Origin: an uncultured Chloroflexia bacterium
GTDB lineage: Bacteria > Chloroflexota > Limnocylindria > Limnocylindrales > CSP1-4
Reading direction: 5' to 3'
Length of the DNA: 64,000 bases
Assembly: GCA_963739885.1 (NCBI GenBank)
Contig: CAVUCC010000011.1
Span: 321,760 to 385,759 of the forward strand
A program made the position numbers and the translations under genes. The number at the start of each line of letters is the position of its first letter. The stretch's first letter is position 1. The notes below the pieces were generated by a model. It was not told where the DNA came from. It saw nothing but the letters and a program-made list of their open reading frames with translations, and searched no databases. Shown piece after piece: positions 9,857 through 20,635 of the stretch.

Positions 9857-11742
9857 GCCAGCTCCCTCCGCTGCCGCCCCACGGCCTGGTCGTATTCCTC
9901 GCGGGCAGCGCGCACGTCGCCCTGTCCGCTGGCCGCCGCCGGTGGCACGTCCCACCAGCCCTCGTAGCCCGGGGCGCGCTTGTCCGGGGAGACGTGGACG
10001 TGGATGACCGTCGGCCGGTTGGCGGTCCGGGCCGCCGCCAGCGCGGCGCGGATCTCCTCCTCCGTGTGGGCGGTGACGCCGATCGCGCCCATCGCCTCGG
10101 CGTGCTTGGCGAAGTCCACGGGGATGTAGCCGCCGGTCAGGCGATTGCGCTCGGGGTCGCGGAACCGCAGCTCGTTGCCGAACTGCGGCACGCCCACGCT
10201 CGCCGCGAGGTCCTTGATGCACTGGTAGCCGTGGTTGTCGAACACGACGATCGTGATCCGGATCCCCTCGGCGACGGCCGTCACGATCTCGCTGTTGAGC
10301 ATCAGGTAGGTCCCGTCGCCGATCGCGACGACCACCTCGCGCTCGGGCTCGGCCATCTTGACACCCATGCCGGCCGGGATCTCGTAGCCCATGCACGAGT
10401 AGCCGTACTCGAGGTGGTAGGCCTTGCTGTCCTCGGGCCGCCACAGCTTGAGCAGGTCGCCGGGCAGGCTGCCGGCCGCACACACGACGGTGGCGTGGCC
10501 GCCGACCGCGTCGTTGACGATGCCGATGACCTCCGGCTGGGCCAGATCGGCCGTCTCGCCGCTGGGCGTGCGGTGGTAGTCGACGCGGGCGTCCCACTCC
10601 TCCTTGAGGTCACCGATGCGATCCCGGTACGCCTGGCCCGTCCCTGCATAGCCCGCCGCACGCAGCGACGCCGTCAGCGCGGCCAGCGCCTCCCGCGCGT
10701 CCGCGACCATCGGCACCGCGCGCAGCTTGATGGCATCGAAGCCGTTGACGTTGATGCCGACGACCGTCGCGTCCGGGTTCTGGAAGATGCTCTTGGACGC
10801 CGTGACGAAGTCGCCCAGCCGGCCCCCGATCGAGATGACGAGGTCAGCCTCCTTTGCCAGGCGGTTGGCCGCCAGACCGCCGTTGGCGCCGATGGGTCCG
10901 ACGTTCATCGGGTGGTTCCAGGGGAGGACGCCCTTGCCGGCCTGGCTCTCGCTGACCGGGATGCCGAACGCGGTCGCGAACGCGTCGAGGGCCGCCTCGG
11001 CGCCCGAGTAGATGGCGCCGCCGCCGGCCACGACCAGCGGCCTGGTGGCTGCCTGGATCAGCTTCGCGACCTCGGCCACGACCTCCGGCTCCGGCAGCGG
11101 CCGCCGGATCCGCCACACGCGCCGCTCGAAGAACCGCTCCGGCCAGTCGTAGACCTCGGACTGGACGTCCTCGGGCAGCGAGATCGTCACCGCGCCGGTC
11201 TCCGCGGGATCGGTCAGGACGCGGAACGCATCGGGCAGGCTGGACAGCAGCTGCTCCGGCCGTGAGATGCGGTCGAAGTAGCGCGACACGGGGCGGAAGG
11301 CATCCGACGCGGACACGTCGTGCTCGATGGGATGCTCGACCTGCTGGAGGACCGGGTCGGGCAGGCGGTTGGCAAAGTAGTCCGACGGGAACAGCAGGAC
11401 CGGCAGCCGGTTGACGGTCGCCTGGGCCGCGCCGGTGATCATGTTCGTCGCGCCGGGCCCGATGGAGCTGATGCAGGCGAACGTCTGCATCCGGTTCTTG
11501 TGCTTGGCGTACGCCGACGCCAGGTGGACCTGGGCCTGCTCGTTCTGCGGCCGGTAGTACGGCATCTCGCACTCGTCGCCCAGCTCCTCGAGCGCCTGCC
11601 CCAGGCCCGCGACGTTGCCGTGCCCGAAGATCCCCCACACCCCGGCGATGAACCGGCTCTGAACGCCGTCCCGCTCCACGTACTGCTGGGCCATGAACTT
11701 GACGATGGCCTGTCCGACCGTCAGGCGAACTGTGCTCAACAC
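9853..11742 (-). CDS. iolD: 3D-(3,5/4)-trihydroxycyclohexane-1,2-dione acylhydrolase (TPP enzyme)
   Basis: The GTG at 11742 has GGAGG upstream. TVRLTVGQAIVKF, GIFGHGNVAGLG, GPGATNM and IGDGTYLMLNSE (TPP binding). The upstream 440 aa of ORF 9853..13062 are antisense to the LacI gene and are rejected. Confidence 0.85.
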   Translation of the reverse strand: MLSTVRLTVGQAIVKFMAQQYVERDGVQSRFIAGVWGIFGHGNVAGLGQALEELGDECEMPYYRPQNEQAQVHLASAYAKHKNRMQTFACISSIGPGATNMITGAAQATVNRLPVLLFPSDYFANRLPDPVLQQVEHPIEHDVSASDAFRPVSRYFDRISRPEQLLSSLPDAFRVLTDPAETGAVTISLPEDVQSEVYDWPERFFERRVWRIRRPLPEPEVVAEVAKLIQAATRPLVVAGGGAIYSGAEAALDAFATAFGIPVSESQAGKGVLPWNHPMNVGPIGANGGLAANRLAKEADLVISIGGRLGDFVTASKSIFQNPDATVVGINVNGFDAIKLRAVPMVADAREALAALTASLRAAGYAGTGQAYRDRIGDLKEEWDARVDYHRTPSGETADLAQPEVIGIVNDAVGGHATVVCAAGSLPGDLLKLWRPEDSKAYHLEYGYSCMGYEIPAGMGVKMAEPEREVVVAIGDGTYLMLNSEIVTAVAEGIRITIVVFDNHGYQCIKDLAASVGVPQFGNELRFRDPERNRLTGGYIPVDFAKHAEAMGAIGVTAHTEEEIRAALAAARTANRPTVIHVHVSPDKRAPGYEGWWDVPPAAASGQGDVRAAREEYDQAVGRQRRELA

Positions 11743-11841
11743 GGGCCTCCGCTCGCTGCGTTTGCCGGCGCGGAACCGGGGGCGTCCGATTCGGCTGGAC
11801 GACGCTCCGGGTAAGCGCTTACACTCGGGTGACATGCCCAA

Positions 11842-11855
11842 TGTAATCGGATACA
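11842..11855. promoter_or_regulatory. LacI-type operator-like palindrome
   Basis: TGTAATCGGATACA sits in the divergent gap between iolD (-) and the LacI gene (+). Confidence 0.6.
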
Positions 11856-11970
11856 TCGGCGGCTGCAAGACCCAACGTCGAGCCCTGTCGGCCGGGACCG
11901 GGCTGATCGCCTTGGGGTGCCGCCTCCGATGACCGGCGAGCCGCGCGGCCGGCGGCGCCGGCCACACCCG

Positions 11971-13029
11971 ATGGGGCGCCCCGCGGTGACCATCGACGAC
12001 GTGGCCGCCCGGGCGGGTGTCTCGATCGCCACCGTCTCGCGCGTGCTGACCAACGCCAAGGTGGTGCGCCCCGAGACCCGGAGCCGGGTTGTGGGTGCCG
12101 TCGAGGCGCTCGGCTATCGACCCTCGGGCCCCGCCCGCGCCCTCGCCCGGAGCCGGACCCACACGCTGGGCCTGATCATGACCGACCTCGCCCAGCCCTT
12201 CTACGCGGAGCTCACCCGCGCCGTGGAGGCGGCGGCCCGGACCCACGGCTACGCGCTGGTACTGGCCAACGGCGCCGGCGACAGCCGGCGCGAGGCGTCG
12301 TACCTCGACCTGCTCGCGGAGCGCCGCGTCGACGGCATCCTGGTCGCCTCGTGGGGCATCACGGAGCGGCACGTCGACTGGCTGGTCCGGGCGCCGGTCG
12401 AGGTCGTCCTGGTCTCGTGCCGGGCGCCCGGCGTCACCCTGCCCGGCATCGTGGCGGCCAGCCGTGACGGAGCGCGCCTGGCCGCGGAGCACCTGCTCGC
12501 GCTGGGCCACCGGCGGCTCGGCGAAGTCACCGGTCCACCCCACAGCGCCGCGGCGCCGGACCGCCACCTGGGCGTGCTCGAGGCGCTCGCGAGCGCCGGG
12601 ATCGCGGCGGACGGGCTCGCGGTCGCCCACTGCGACGGGGACTTCGAGTCCGGCGAGCGGGCGACCGCCCAGCTGCTCGCGCGGTCGCCCCGGCCGACGG
12701 CCGTGCTCTGCTACAACGACCTGGTGGCGGCCGGCGCGCTCAAGGCGGCCCGTGCGGCCGGGTTGTCGGTACCCGGCGAGCTGAGCGTGATCGGCTTCGA
12801 CGACGTGCCCCTGGCCCGCATGGTCGAGCCCGCCCTTACCACCGTCGCGCAGCCCGTCGCCGAGATGGGCGTGTGGGCGGTGGAGCGGATCCACGCCGCG
12901 CTGACGACGCCGCTCGACCCCGCCTCCCGGCCCGAGTCGATCGGCCCCCAGGTCGTCCGCGGCCCCGCCGTGGTCGAGGCGCCGTGCCGGCTGGTCGTCA
13001 GGGACAGCACGGCACTGCCGCGGGCCTGA
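11971..13029 (+). CDS. LacI-family transcriptional regulator
   Basis: VTIDDVAARAGVSIATVSRVL is the LacI helix-turn-helix, followed by a periplasmic-binding-fold effector domain (VLCYNDLVAAGAL, SVIGFDD). The start is either the ATG at 11971 or 11917. Confidence 0.85.
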   Translation: MGRPAVTIDDVAARAGVSIATVSRVLTNAKVVRPETRSRVVGAVEALGYRPSGPARALARSRTHTLGLIMTDLAQPFYAELTRAVEAAARTHGYALVLANGAGDSRREASYLDLLAERRVDGILVASWGITERHVDWLVRAPVEVVLVSCRAPGVTLPGIVAASRDGARLAAEHLLALGHRRLGEVTGPPHSAAAPDRHLGVLEALASAGIAADGLAVAHCDGDFESGERATAQLLARSPRPTAVLCYNDLVAAGALKAARAAGLSVPGELSVIGFDDVPLARMVEPALTTVAQPVAEMGVWAVERIHAALTTPLDPASRPESIGPQVVRGPAVVEAPCRLVVRDSTALPRA

Positions 13030-13077
13030 CCGGCGGCCCCGGGCGCGCGGCGCGCTGCGCAAAGCCTCGATCGGTGG

Positions 13078-14343
13078 TCAGCCGACCGTGATCGCCACGC
13101 GGTCCGGCGCGGTCGCCGGCGGCGAGGGTATCCGCACGATGACCGCCAGTCCGAGCGCAAGCATCCCCAAGACCAGCAGCCAGGCACCGACGACACCCGC
13201 GAGCCCGACCACCAGGCCGAGCCCAAGCGGCGCCGAGAAGATCGCGAGACCCGATGCGGCCGGGAGCCATGCGCTGGCCAGGACCGGTGTGTCCTGCGCG
13301 TGCGCGATGGCGAGGCTCGCACCCAGCGGGTACGCCGGTGAGATCCCGACCCCGCCGAGCAGCAACCCCAGTCCGGCCAACGTCGGGTCGGCGGCCAGCA
13401 GCGTGAGCGCCGCGCCGGCCACGGCCAGGATCGTGGACGCTCGCAGCACCGTCGTTTGCCGCCATTCGGTCGCGAGACCGGTCGACAGGGCGAGCCGGCC
13501 GGCGATCATCCCGGCCACGTACAGCGACGCCAGCCCGGTCGCCGCGACGTCACCGATCCCCGCCCGGGCCGACACGAGCTGCGAGCCCCAGACCACGAAC
13601 GAGAACTCGGCACCGATGAGCACGACCATGAACAGCCAGCTCAGCCAGTAGGCGCGGGGCAGCCCGGCCAGGACGGTCTCACGGGCGGGCGACGGATCGG
13701 CGTTCCGCGCCGCGGGCGGGTCGGGGTCAGGCGCGGCCGGCCGGTCGCGGGCCGGCGACGGCGGCAGCGCCAGCGCCAGCATGGCCAGGAACGGCACCGG
13801 CGCGAGCAAGCCGAACCACCAGCCCACCCCGGTCGCGGCCGCCGACAGGACGAGCGGTCCCGCCAGCCCGCCCGCCACCGACCACAGGTTGGCTCGGGTG
13901 AGCAGGGTTCCGCCTCGCCGCCCGCCGCCCAACGCGCTGTTCACGTGCACCAGCACGCCGCCGATCGAGGCCCCGAACAGAAGCGCCCCGAGCAGGACCG
14001 GCAGGATCGAGATCGGGGTGGCCAGCAGGAGCGCGGACAGGCCCATCAGCGCCGTCCACGCCCGGACCGCCGCGCGCGGCCCGATGCGAGCGTTCAGCCG
14101 CCCGGACAACACGCTCGCGCCGACCAGACCCACCGCCATCACCGAGCTGGGCAGGGCCGCCAGCCACGGCGGCACGCCCAGGTCGTGACGGAGGAACGGG
14201 GCGATGAACCCGACCGCGTAGATCAGGTAGCCCTCGCATGCCATCAGCAGGTAGGCCGTCCACGTCAGCAGCGACAAAGGCCCTGGTCTCCGAGTGAGGT
14301 CCCGTCGGTGCCGCCGGCCGGCAGGGACGGGCGCTAGAGTCAT
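13078..14343 (-). CDS. MFS transporter
   Basis: 421-aa ORF with about 12 hydrophobic helices and a central Pro-rich loop. Confidence 0.7.
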   Translation of the reverse strand: MTLAPVPAGRRHRRDLTRRPGPLSLLTWTAYLLMACEGYLIYAVGFIAPFLRHDLGVPPWLAALPSSVMAVGLVGASVLSGRLNARIGPRAAVRAWTALMGLSALLLATPISILPVLLGALLFGASIGGVLVHVNSALGGGRRGGTLLTRANLWSVAGGLAGPLVLSAAATGVGWWFGLLAPVPFLAMLALALPPSPARDRPAAPDPDPPAARNADPSPARETVLAGLPRAYWLSWLFMVVLIGAEFSFVVWGSQLVSARAGIGDVAATGLASLYVAGMIAGRLALSTGLATEWRQTTVLRASTILAVAGAALTLLAADPTLAGLGLLLGGVGISPAYPLGASLAIAHAQDTPVLASAWLPAASGLAIFSAPLGLGLVVGLAGVVGAWLLVLGMLALGLAVIVRIPSPPATAPDRVAITVG

Positions 14344-14419
14344 CGCTTACATGATGCAGCACCGCGCTCGACGGCCGATCGTCGCTCGGTGCGGGGCCGG
14401 TGCCCAAGGAGCGGGACCC

Positions 14420-15163
14420 ATGGAACGCATGTCAGAGCTGTCGGGCCAGGTCGCCCTGGTCACGGGCGCCTCACGGGGCATCGGCCTCGAGCTCGCCCGC
14501 GCGCTCGCCCGATCCGGCGCCACCGTGCTGGCCGGCGTCCGCCACCCCGAGCATGCGCCGGCGGGCGAGGACGGCGCGATCCGGCCGCTGGTGATGGACG
14601 TCCGCGACATCGCCGGCACGCGCAACGCGATCGACCGCGCGGTGGCCGAGCACGGCCGGCTGGACATCCTCGTCAACAACGCCGGGATCGGGCTGGAGCA
14701 CGATTCGCTCGACGTCAGCGAGGCCGACTGGGACACCTTGGTCGATGTCAACCTCAAGGGCGCGTTCTTCACCACGCAGTCGGCGGCCCGACACATGCTC
14801 GATCATGGGTACGGCCGGGTGGTGATGATCAGCTCGCAGGCAAGCCTGGTGGGTCTGCCACGGTCGACGGTGTACTGCGCGACCAAGGCCGGGCTCAACG
14901 GCATGGTGCGCGCGCTCGCCGTGGAGTGGGCCGGCGGCGGCGTGACGGTCAACGCCGTGGCTCCGACCTGGATCTATACACCCGGCACCGCCGGGCGGCT
15001 CGATCAGCCGGCATTCCTGCGCAGCGTCATCGATCGGATCCCTGTCGGCCGTGTCGGCACCACCGCTGATGTGGCCGCGGCCGTGCTCTATCTCGCCTCA
15101 CCGGAGGCGGGCCTGGTGACCGGCACGGTGCTGCCGGTGGACGGCGGATGGACGGCGCAGTGA
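14420..15163 (+). CDS. SDR-family oxidoreductase
   Basis: ATG at 14420 follows AAGGAG. VALVTGASRGIG, NNAG and Y..TK (YCATKAG). Confidence 0.8.
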   Translation: MERMSELSGQVALVTGASRGIGLELARALARSGATVLAGVRHPEHAPAGEDGAIRPLVMDVRDIAGTRNAIDRAVAEHGRLDILVNNAGIGLEHDSLDVSEADWDTLVDVNLKGAFFTTQSAARHMLDHGYGRVVMISSQASLVGLPRSTVYCATKAGLNGMVRALAVEWAGGGVTVNAVAPTWIYTPGTAGRLDQPAFLRSVIDRIPVGRVGTTADVAAAVLYLASPEAGLVTGTVLPVDGGWTAQ

Positions 15164-15182
15164 CAGAGCCCGCCCCGAGTCC

Positions 15183-16052
15183 CTAGCCCGACGGCGGCGG
15201 TGCTTCAGGCTCGGCACTGGCGGCGGACGCCTGCAGCTCGTCGAGCTCGCGCGACAGATCCTCCAGCTCCTCGCCGCCACCCATCAGGCCGAGCAGCTCG
15301 TTCATGCCGACCTCGCCGCGCTTGAACACGCCGAGGCTCTGGCCGTGGCTCAGGATCGTGAACTTGTCCCCCACCGGCAGCGCGTGCTGCACGTTGTGGG
15401 TGATGAAGATCACTGCGAGGCCACGCGACCTGGCCCGGACGATGTGTCGCAGCACAATCGCGGCCTGCTTGACCCCGAGCGCTGACGTCGGTTCGTCGAG
15501 GATCAGGACGCGGGCGCCGAAGTACTCGGCACGGGCGATGGCCAGCGTCTGGCGCTCTCCGCCCGACATCGTCCCCACCAGCTGGCTGGTGTCGCGGACC
15601 TCGATCCCGATCTCACGCATGTGCTCCTGGGCGGTACGGTCCGCGTACGCCATGTCGAACCGCCGGAACGGCCCGCGACCCTTCGTCGGCTCGTTGCCCA
15701 GGAAGAAGTTGCGGCTGACGCTCATCAGCGGCAGGACGGCGAGATCCTGGAACACGGTGGCGATCCCGTGCGACTGGGCGTCGTGCGGCGAGGACAGGGT
15801 GACCGGGTGGCCGTCGATGAGCAGCTGGCCGTCGTCCGGCCGGTGGACGCCGGACAGGGTCTTGATCAGCGTCGACTTGCCAGCCCCATTGTCGCCCAAG
15901 AGGCAGTTGACCTCGCCGGCCTTGACGGAGAGCGACACGTCCTTGAGCGCCACCACGCGCCCGAAGTACTTGGAGATGCTCTGCGCCTCGAGCACCGGGA
16001 TGTCGGAGGCGGCGGCCGAGGCGTCGGTGGAGGTGGAGGGTGCGGTCGTCAT
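15183..16052 (-). CDS. sugar ABC transporter ATP-binding protein
   Basis: Walker [10 protein letters not shown], signature MSGGERQ, Walker B LILDEPT. The ATG at 16052 overlaps the permease stop (ATGA). Confidence 0.85.
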   Translation of the reverse strand: MTTAPSTSTDASAAASDIPVLEAQSISKYFGRVVALKDVSLSVKAGEVNCLLGDNGAGKSTLIKTLSGVHRPDDGQLLIDGHPVTLSSPHDAQSHGIATVFQDLAVLPLMSVSRNFFLGNEPTKGRGPFRRFDMAYADRTAQEHMREIGIEVRDTSQLVGTMSGGERQTLAIARAEYFGARVLILDEPTSALGVKQAAIVLRHIVRARSRGLAVIFITHNVQHALPVGDKFTILSHGQSLGVFKRGEVGMNELLGLMGGGEELEDLSRELDELQASAASAEPEAPPPSG

Positions 16053-17119
16053 GATCGGGCTCCCGAGGCGCGGCGCAGGATCCAGTTGTTCACCAGGGCG
16101 GCGACGAGCAGGAGGGCGCCGAGGACGAACGCGTACCAATCGGAGTTGAACCCCGGTACGAAGAAGATGCCGAGCTGGGTCACGCCGAGGATGAACGCGC
16201 CGAACGCTGACCCGAGCGCGGAGCCGTACCCGCCGGTCAGCAGCGTCCCGCCGATGACCGCGGTGATGATTGCCTCGAACTCCTTGCCGGTGCCACGCAG
16301 GACGTCGGCATTTCCGACGCTCAGGACCTGGATGCAGGCAAACAGCGCGGCCGACGCCGCGGTCGCCATGAACAGCAGGATCTTCACGCGATTGACGGGC
16401 ACCCCGATGTTCCGGGAGGCTTCCTTCGATCCGCCGACCGCGAAGATCCAGTTCCCGAATCTCGTCCGCAGCAGGATCCAGGTCGAGATGCCGACGACGG
16501 CGATCCACCACACGAGCTCGATCTTGAAGTCACCGCCTTCGATCGTGAACAGGACGGCATTGAACAGCTTCGAGATGGGGTCATCCGCGGCAGCCGTACC
16601 GACCCCGCTGACGATCGTCTGGCCGTTCGAGACCAGCCTCGTCAAGGCAAGGCCGGCGCCCCGGAGCATGTACAGGGAGCCGAGGGTCACGATGAATGAG
16701 GGCAGGCCGGTCCGCACGACGATGTAGCCATTGAGGGCGCCGACGGCCAGGGCGAATGCGAAGGTGATGATGAGCCCGAGCCACAACGGCAGGCCGAACT
16801 GGGTGATCGAGAGGCCGAGGATCAGGCCGGCCGCGCCGACCATCGAGCCGATCGAGAGGTCGAACTCGCCCGCGATCATCAGCAGGGCGACGGTGGCGCC
16901 GAGGATCCCGACCTGGGCCGCGACCTCGATGTAGGCCGCAAACCCCTGCCAGGACATGAAGCCCTTGCCGACCGTGAAGCCGGTGAGGGCCCAGAAGACC
17001 ACGAAGATGAGGATCGCCCCGACGATCGACCCGAACTCGGGCCTCGTCAGCAGCTGGCGAAGGGGACTCGCCCGGCGGAGCCGCTGGGCCTCGGAGCCAG
17101 TGCCATCGACCGTCGTCAT
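16049..17119 (-). CDS. sugar ABC transporter permease (RbsC/AraH-like)
   Basis: 356-aa polytopic membrane protein located between the binding-protein and ATPase genes. Confidence 0.8.
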   Translation of the reverse strand: MTTVDGTGSEAQRLRRASPLRQLLTRPEFGSIVGAILIFVVFWALTGFTVGKGFMSWQGFAAYIEVAAQVGILGATVALLMIAGEFDLSIGSMVGAAGLILGLSITQFGLPLWLGLIITFAFALAVGALNGYIVVRTGLPSFIVTLGSLYMLRGAGLALTRLVSNGQTIVSGVGTAAADDPISKLFNAVLFTIEGGDFKIELVWWIAVVGISTWILLRTRFGNWIFAVGGSKEASRNIGVPVNRVKILLFMATAASAALFACIQVLSVGNADVLRGTGKEFEAIITAVIGGTLLTGGYGSALGSAFGAFILGVTQLGIFFVPGFNSDWYAFVLGALLLVAALVNNWILRRASGARS

Positions 17120-17141
17120 GGGCGTCCCTCGGAACTACCGG

Positions 17142-17170
17142 TCAGGGCCACCCGAGTCGGGCGGCCCTGA
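17142..17170 (-). promoter_or_regulatory. intercistronic GC-rich stem-loop between binding-protein and permease genes
   Basis: TCAGGGCC-A-CCC(gagtc)GGG-C-GGCCCTGA. There is no U-tract after it on the transcribed strand, so it is not a classical terminator. Confidence 0.5.
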
Positions 17171-17190
17171 CGCTTCGGTTACGCGCAAGG

Positions 17191-18174
17191 CTAGCGGGTG
17201 GTACCCGTGTTTGCCTGAACCGTTGCGACGTTGTCCTTGGTCACGAAACCCGGGCCGGTCGCGACCGGCTGGCCGCCACCCGGCATGAGGCCGTAGAGGT
17301 TGTACAGGGTGAGGAACGTGATCGGCAGGTACCCCTGGAGGTACTGCTGCTGGTCGATCGCGAACAGCATGGAGCCGTCGGAGATCGCGGCGAGGACGTC
17401 CTGCGAAAGGTCGAAGGTGCCGACCTTGATCGTAGTGTTGCCCATCTGCTTGAGGGCGGCGATCGTCGGCGTCGAGCCGGTCGGGCCGAGGGCCATGACG
17501 GTATCGATCGTCGGGTCGGCCGTGAGGGCCGCGGCGATCTTCTGCTGCGCGGTCGTCGGATCCTTCAGGTCGACCTGGAGGACGGTCGACGTGCCGGGGG
17601 CGAACCCTTCGGCGAAGCCGTTGCAGCGGGCATCGAGGCCGGCGTTGCCAACCTCCTGGTTGACGCAGATCGCGTTCTTGCCGCCAGCCTCCGCCATGCG
17701 CTCGCCGGCCGCCTTGCCCGCCTGCGACTCATCCTGCCCGACGTGGGTCAGGATGCCGAGTGCCTTGTACGCGTCGGAACCGGAGTTCGCGGAGATCACC
17801 GGAATACCTGCGCTGACGCACTTGGTGACGCTCGGGCCGAGCGCCGTGGCGTCCGGAAGCGAGATGACGAGGCCGGACGGCTTCTTGGCGCAGGCAGCGT
17901 CAATCAGCTGGCCCATCTTGACCATGTCGAAGGTGTCGGGGGCGCTGTAGTTGGCCGTCACGCCCATGTCCTTGGCGGCCTGCACGACGCCGTTCTTGAA
18001 GATCGACCAGAACGGATCCGACGCCTGGCCGTGCGTCACGACCTCGATGTCGATGCCGGCACGGTCACTCGACCCGCCGCCACCGGCGCTCGGTGCCGGC
18101 GTCGCCGAGTTGGAGCAGGCGGACGCGGCGAGCGCGACCGCTGCCAGGCCGATTGCCCATTTGCTGAACTTCAT
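17191..18174 (-). CDS. sugar (inositol/ribose-type) ABC transporter substrate-binding lipoprotein
   Basis: The signal [20 protein letters not shown] has a lipobox. The rest is a periplasmic-binding fold type I sequence. Confidence 0.8.
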   Translation of the reverse strand: MKFSKWAIGLAAVALAASACSNSATPAPSAGGGGSSDRAGIDIEVVTHGQASDPFWSIFKNGVVQAAKDMGVTANYSAPDTFDMVKMGQLIDAACAKKPSGLVISLPDATALGPSVTKCVSAGIPVISANSGSDAYKALGILTHVGQDESQAGKAAGERMAEAGGKNAICVNQEVGNAGLDARCNGFAEGFAPGTSTVLQVDLKDPTTAQQKIAAALTADPTIDTVMALGPTGSTPTIAALKQMGNTTIKVGTFDLSQDVLAAISDGSMLFAIDQQQYLQGYLPITFLTLYNLYGLMPGGGQPVATGPGFVTKDNVATVQANTGTTR

Positions 18175-18363
18175 ATGGTCTCCTCACGTCGGATCTCCGG
18201 GCCGTCGACCGCCCCGGTTGCTTCCGCTCCTTGCGGTGCGCAATGTCTCCTCGCCCGCGATGCGGGCCTTGCGGCACCAGTGACGAACGCCCTCCTTTCC
18301 CCAGTCGGGTGCCCAGGGATTCCGATGGGACGCGCCTGCTCGGAACGATAGGTCCACCGTCAA

Positions 18364-18377
18364 GGTAACCGATTACA
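18364..18377. promoter_or_regulatory. LacI-type operator-like palindrome
   Basis: GGTAACCGATTACA (reverse complement TGTAATCGGTTACC) lies upstream of the ABC operon. Confidence 0.6.
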
Positions 18378-18478
18378 CGTGCCGAGATCCACTACTGTAC
18401 CGATGTCGATACCGGAGGGCAACCCTCTCCGCGCTCCCGCCTGCCCGCTTGACGCTCGGGTGTCCCTCCGGTATCCTG

Positions 18479-18492
18479 CGCAATCGATTACG
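18479..18492. promoter_or_regulatory. LacI-type operator-like palindrome
   Basis: CGCAATCGATTACG has a perfect TAATCGATTA core. It lies just upstream of the second LacI gene. Confidence 0.55.
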
Positions 18493-18548
18493 CCGTGGCC
18501 AGAAACCATCGCCAGGTTCCGTGGACGGGCACGGTCCAGAGGCAGGGG

Positions 18549-19613
18549 ATGAGCGGTTCCAGGGTCTTACCCGATCCGATCCACGCCGAGCGCCGTGCGC
18601 CTCCGACCATACGCGACGTCGCCCTCAGGGCCGGGGTGTCGACGGCAACGGTGAGCCGCGTCCTGGCGGGCATCGGGAATCCCAGGCCGGAGACCTCGGA
18701 CGCCGTGATGGGCGCGGTCACCGCCCTGGACTACCGTCCCTCGGGCGTGGCGCGCTCGCTGCGCATGAAGCGCACCCGGACGCTCGGCCTGATCGTCACC
18801 GACATCCAGAACCCGTTCTTCCCCGAGCTCGTGCGGGCGGCCGACCTCGCCGCACGCGGGCTGGGCTACTCGATCCTCCTGGGCAGCGCGGCCTACGACG
18901 AGCGCCGGGCGATGCACTACCTCGGCCTGATGGTCGATCGGCGGGTCGACGGCCTGATCGTCGCCTCGAGCCAGGTGTCCGAAGAGAGCCTCAAGTGGCT
19001 GCTGTCCTCCCCCGTCCCGGCCGTGGTCGTCAACGCGGAGGCGGACGGCCTGCCGGTCGAGGTGATCACCAGCGACAACGTCGGCGGCGCACGGTTGGCC
19101 GTCGATCATCTGGTCGGGCTGGGTCACCGCCGCATCGCCTACGTCCGCGGCCCGGCGACCTACACGGCCGACGCGCCGCGTGCCGAGGGGTTCCGGTCGG
19201 CCTGCCGGGATGCGGGCCTGTCCCCCGCCGAGACCCTTGAGGTCGCCGGGGATGGGGCGTTCGAGGGCGGCGAGCGCGCGGCCGCCGAGCTGCTGGCGCA
19301 GGGCCGCGATCTCACGGCGATCGTCTGCTACAACGACATCACCGCGATCGGGGTTCTGCGCGCCCTTCGCGCCGCCCGGCTGCGCGTCCCCGATGACATG
19401 AGCGTGGTCGGGATCGACGACATCGCCGCCGCCGCCTGGGTCGCCCCGGCGCTCACGACCGTCGCCCAGCAGAAGGCCGAGATGGGCCGTCTCGCGGTGG
19501 AGCGGCTGGCCTCGGTGTTCAACGCCCCATCGCATCCGCCGACACCGCAGACGGTCCGGCTCCCGATGGTGCTCCGAGTGCGGGAGTCCACGGGCCCGGC
19601 ACCGACGGTCTGA
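18549..19613 (+). CDS. LacI-family transcriptional regulator
   Basis: TIRDVALRAGVSTATVSRVL is the helix-turn-helix, followed by a sugar-binding domain (IVCYNDITAIGVL, SVVGIDD). Confidence 0.85.
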   Translation: MSGSRVLPDPIHAERRAPPTIRDVALRAGVSTATVSRVLAGIGNPRPETSDAVMGAVTALDYRPSGVARSLRMKRTRTLGLIVTDIQNPFFPELVRAADLAARGLGYSILLGSAAYDERRAMHYLGLMVDRRVDGLIVASSQVSEESLKWLLSSPVPAVVVNAEADGLPVEVITSDNVGGARLAVDHLVGLGHRRIAYVRGPATYTADAPRAEGFRSACRDAGLSPAETLEVAGDGAFEGGERAAAELLAQGRDLTAIVCYNDITAIGVLRALRAARLRVPDDMSVVGIDDIAAAAWVAPALTTVAQQKAEMGRLAVERLASVFNAPSHPPTPQTVRLPMVLRVRESTGPAPTV

Positions 19614-19688
19614 CGGTCGTGACTTGAAGCGTCATCGCTCGGCATCGGGGCGGCACAGCTCCGGGCCGTTGCCAGGGAGTGAACGGAT

Positions 19689-20588
19689 ATGGTTCGCATC
19701 GCCAACGCGCCCTGCTCGTGGGGTGTGATCGAGGGGATCGAGGGTGACCGGTCGGGCTACGTCCGCGTCATCGACGAGATGCAGGAGACGGGATACGTCG
19801 GCACCGAGCTCGGCGACTGGGGCTTCATGCCCACCGATCCCGACGAGCTGCGATCCGAGCTCGATGCCCGCGGCCTGGCCCTGGTCGGCTCCTGGGTCAG
19901 TGTCAACCTCGAGGATCGCTCGAAGCACCAGGCGTCAGCCGATGACGCAGTGCGGACGGGCAGGCAGCTGGCCCGCGTGGGTGGCCCCGAGGCCGTCGTG
20001 GTGCTGGGCAACGATCCGTACGGCAATTTCCACCGAACCAGGATCGCCGGCCGCGTGACGCCCGCGGACGCGATGTCCGAGGACCAGTGGGCGGTGTTCG
20101 CCGAGGGGGCCAACCACGTCGCACGGCGGGTCATGGACGAGGCCGGGATCCGGACCGTCATCCACCAGCACATCGGAACCCTGATCGAGACCGAGGCCGA
20201 GGCGCGCCGGCTGTTCGACATGACCGATCCGTCGGTGCTCGGGCTGTGCCTCGACACGGGGCACTGGACGTTCGGCGCCGGCGGTGACCCGACGGCGGCG
20301 ATCCACGAGTTCCGGGGTCGCGTCTGGCACGTCCACTTCAAGGACTGCGACCCGGCCCTGATGGGCGCGTCGCGCGCCAACGGCTGGGACGGCCCGGAGT
20401 CGGTCGGGCACGGCGTGTTCTGCGAGCTCGGCAGGGGGTGCGTCGACTTTCCGGGCGTTCTCGAAGCGCTCGACGACATCGGCTACGGCGGCTGGATCGT
20501 GGTCGAGCAGGACGTGCTACCCGGGATGGGCCATCCTCGGGAGAGCGCCCGCCGCAACCGCGAGTACCTACGCTCGATCGGCGTCTGA
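19689..20588 (+). CDS. IolE-like sugar phosphate isomerase/epimerase TIM-barrel protein (second paralogue)
   Basis: [42 protein letters not shown] and GWIVVEQD show the same motif order as 8969..9856. Confidence 0.65.
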   Translation: MVRIANAPCSWGVIEGIEGDRSGYVRVIDEMQETGYVGTELGDWGFMPTDPDELRSELDARGLALVGSWVSVNLEDRSKHQASADDAVRTGRQLARVGGPEAVVVLGNDPYGNFHRTRIAGRVTPADAMSEDQWAVFAEGANHVARRVMDEAGIRTVIHQHIGTLIETEAEARRLFDMTDPSVLGLCLDTGHWTFGAGGDPTAAIHEFRGRVWHVHFKDCDPALMGASRANGWDGPESVGHGVFCELGRGCVDFPGVLEALDDIGYGGWIVVEQDVLPGMGHPRESARRNREYLRSIGV

Positions 20589-20635
20589 CGCCTCGCTGGC
20601 GCGGAGCTCTCGCGCGCTCGGCCTGACCGCTCCGC

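Noticed and set aside
9853-13062. 1069-aa ORF
   Set aside because: The last 629 aa are IolD. The first ~440 aa are antisense to the LacI gene and have artefactual R/G/P/A composition.
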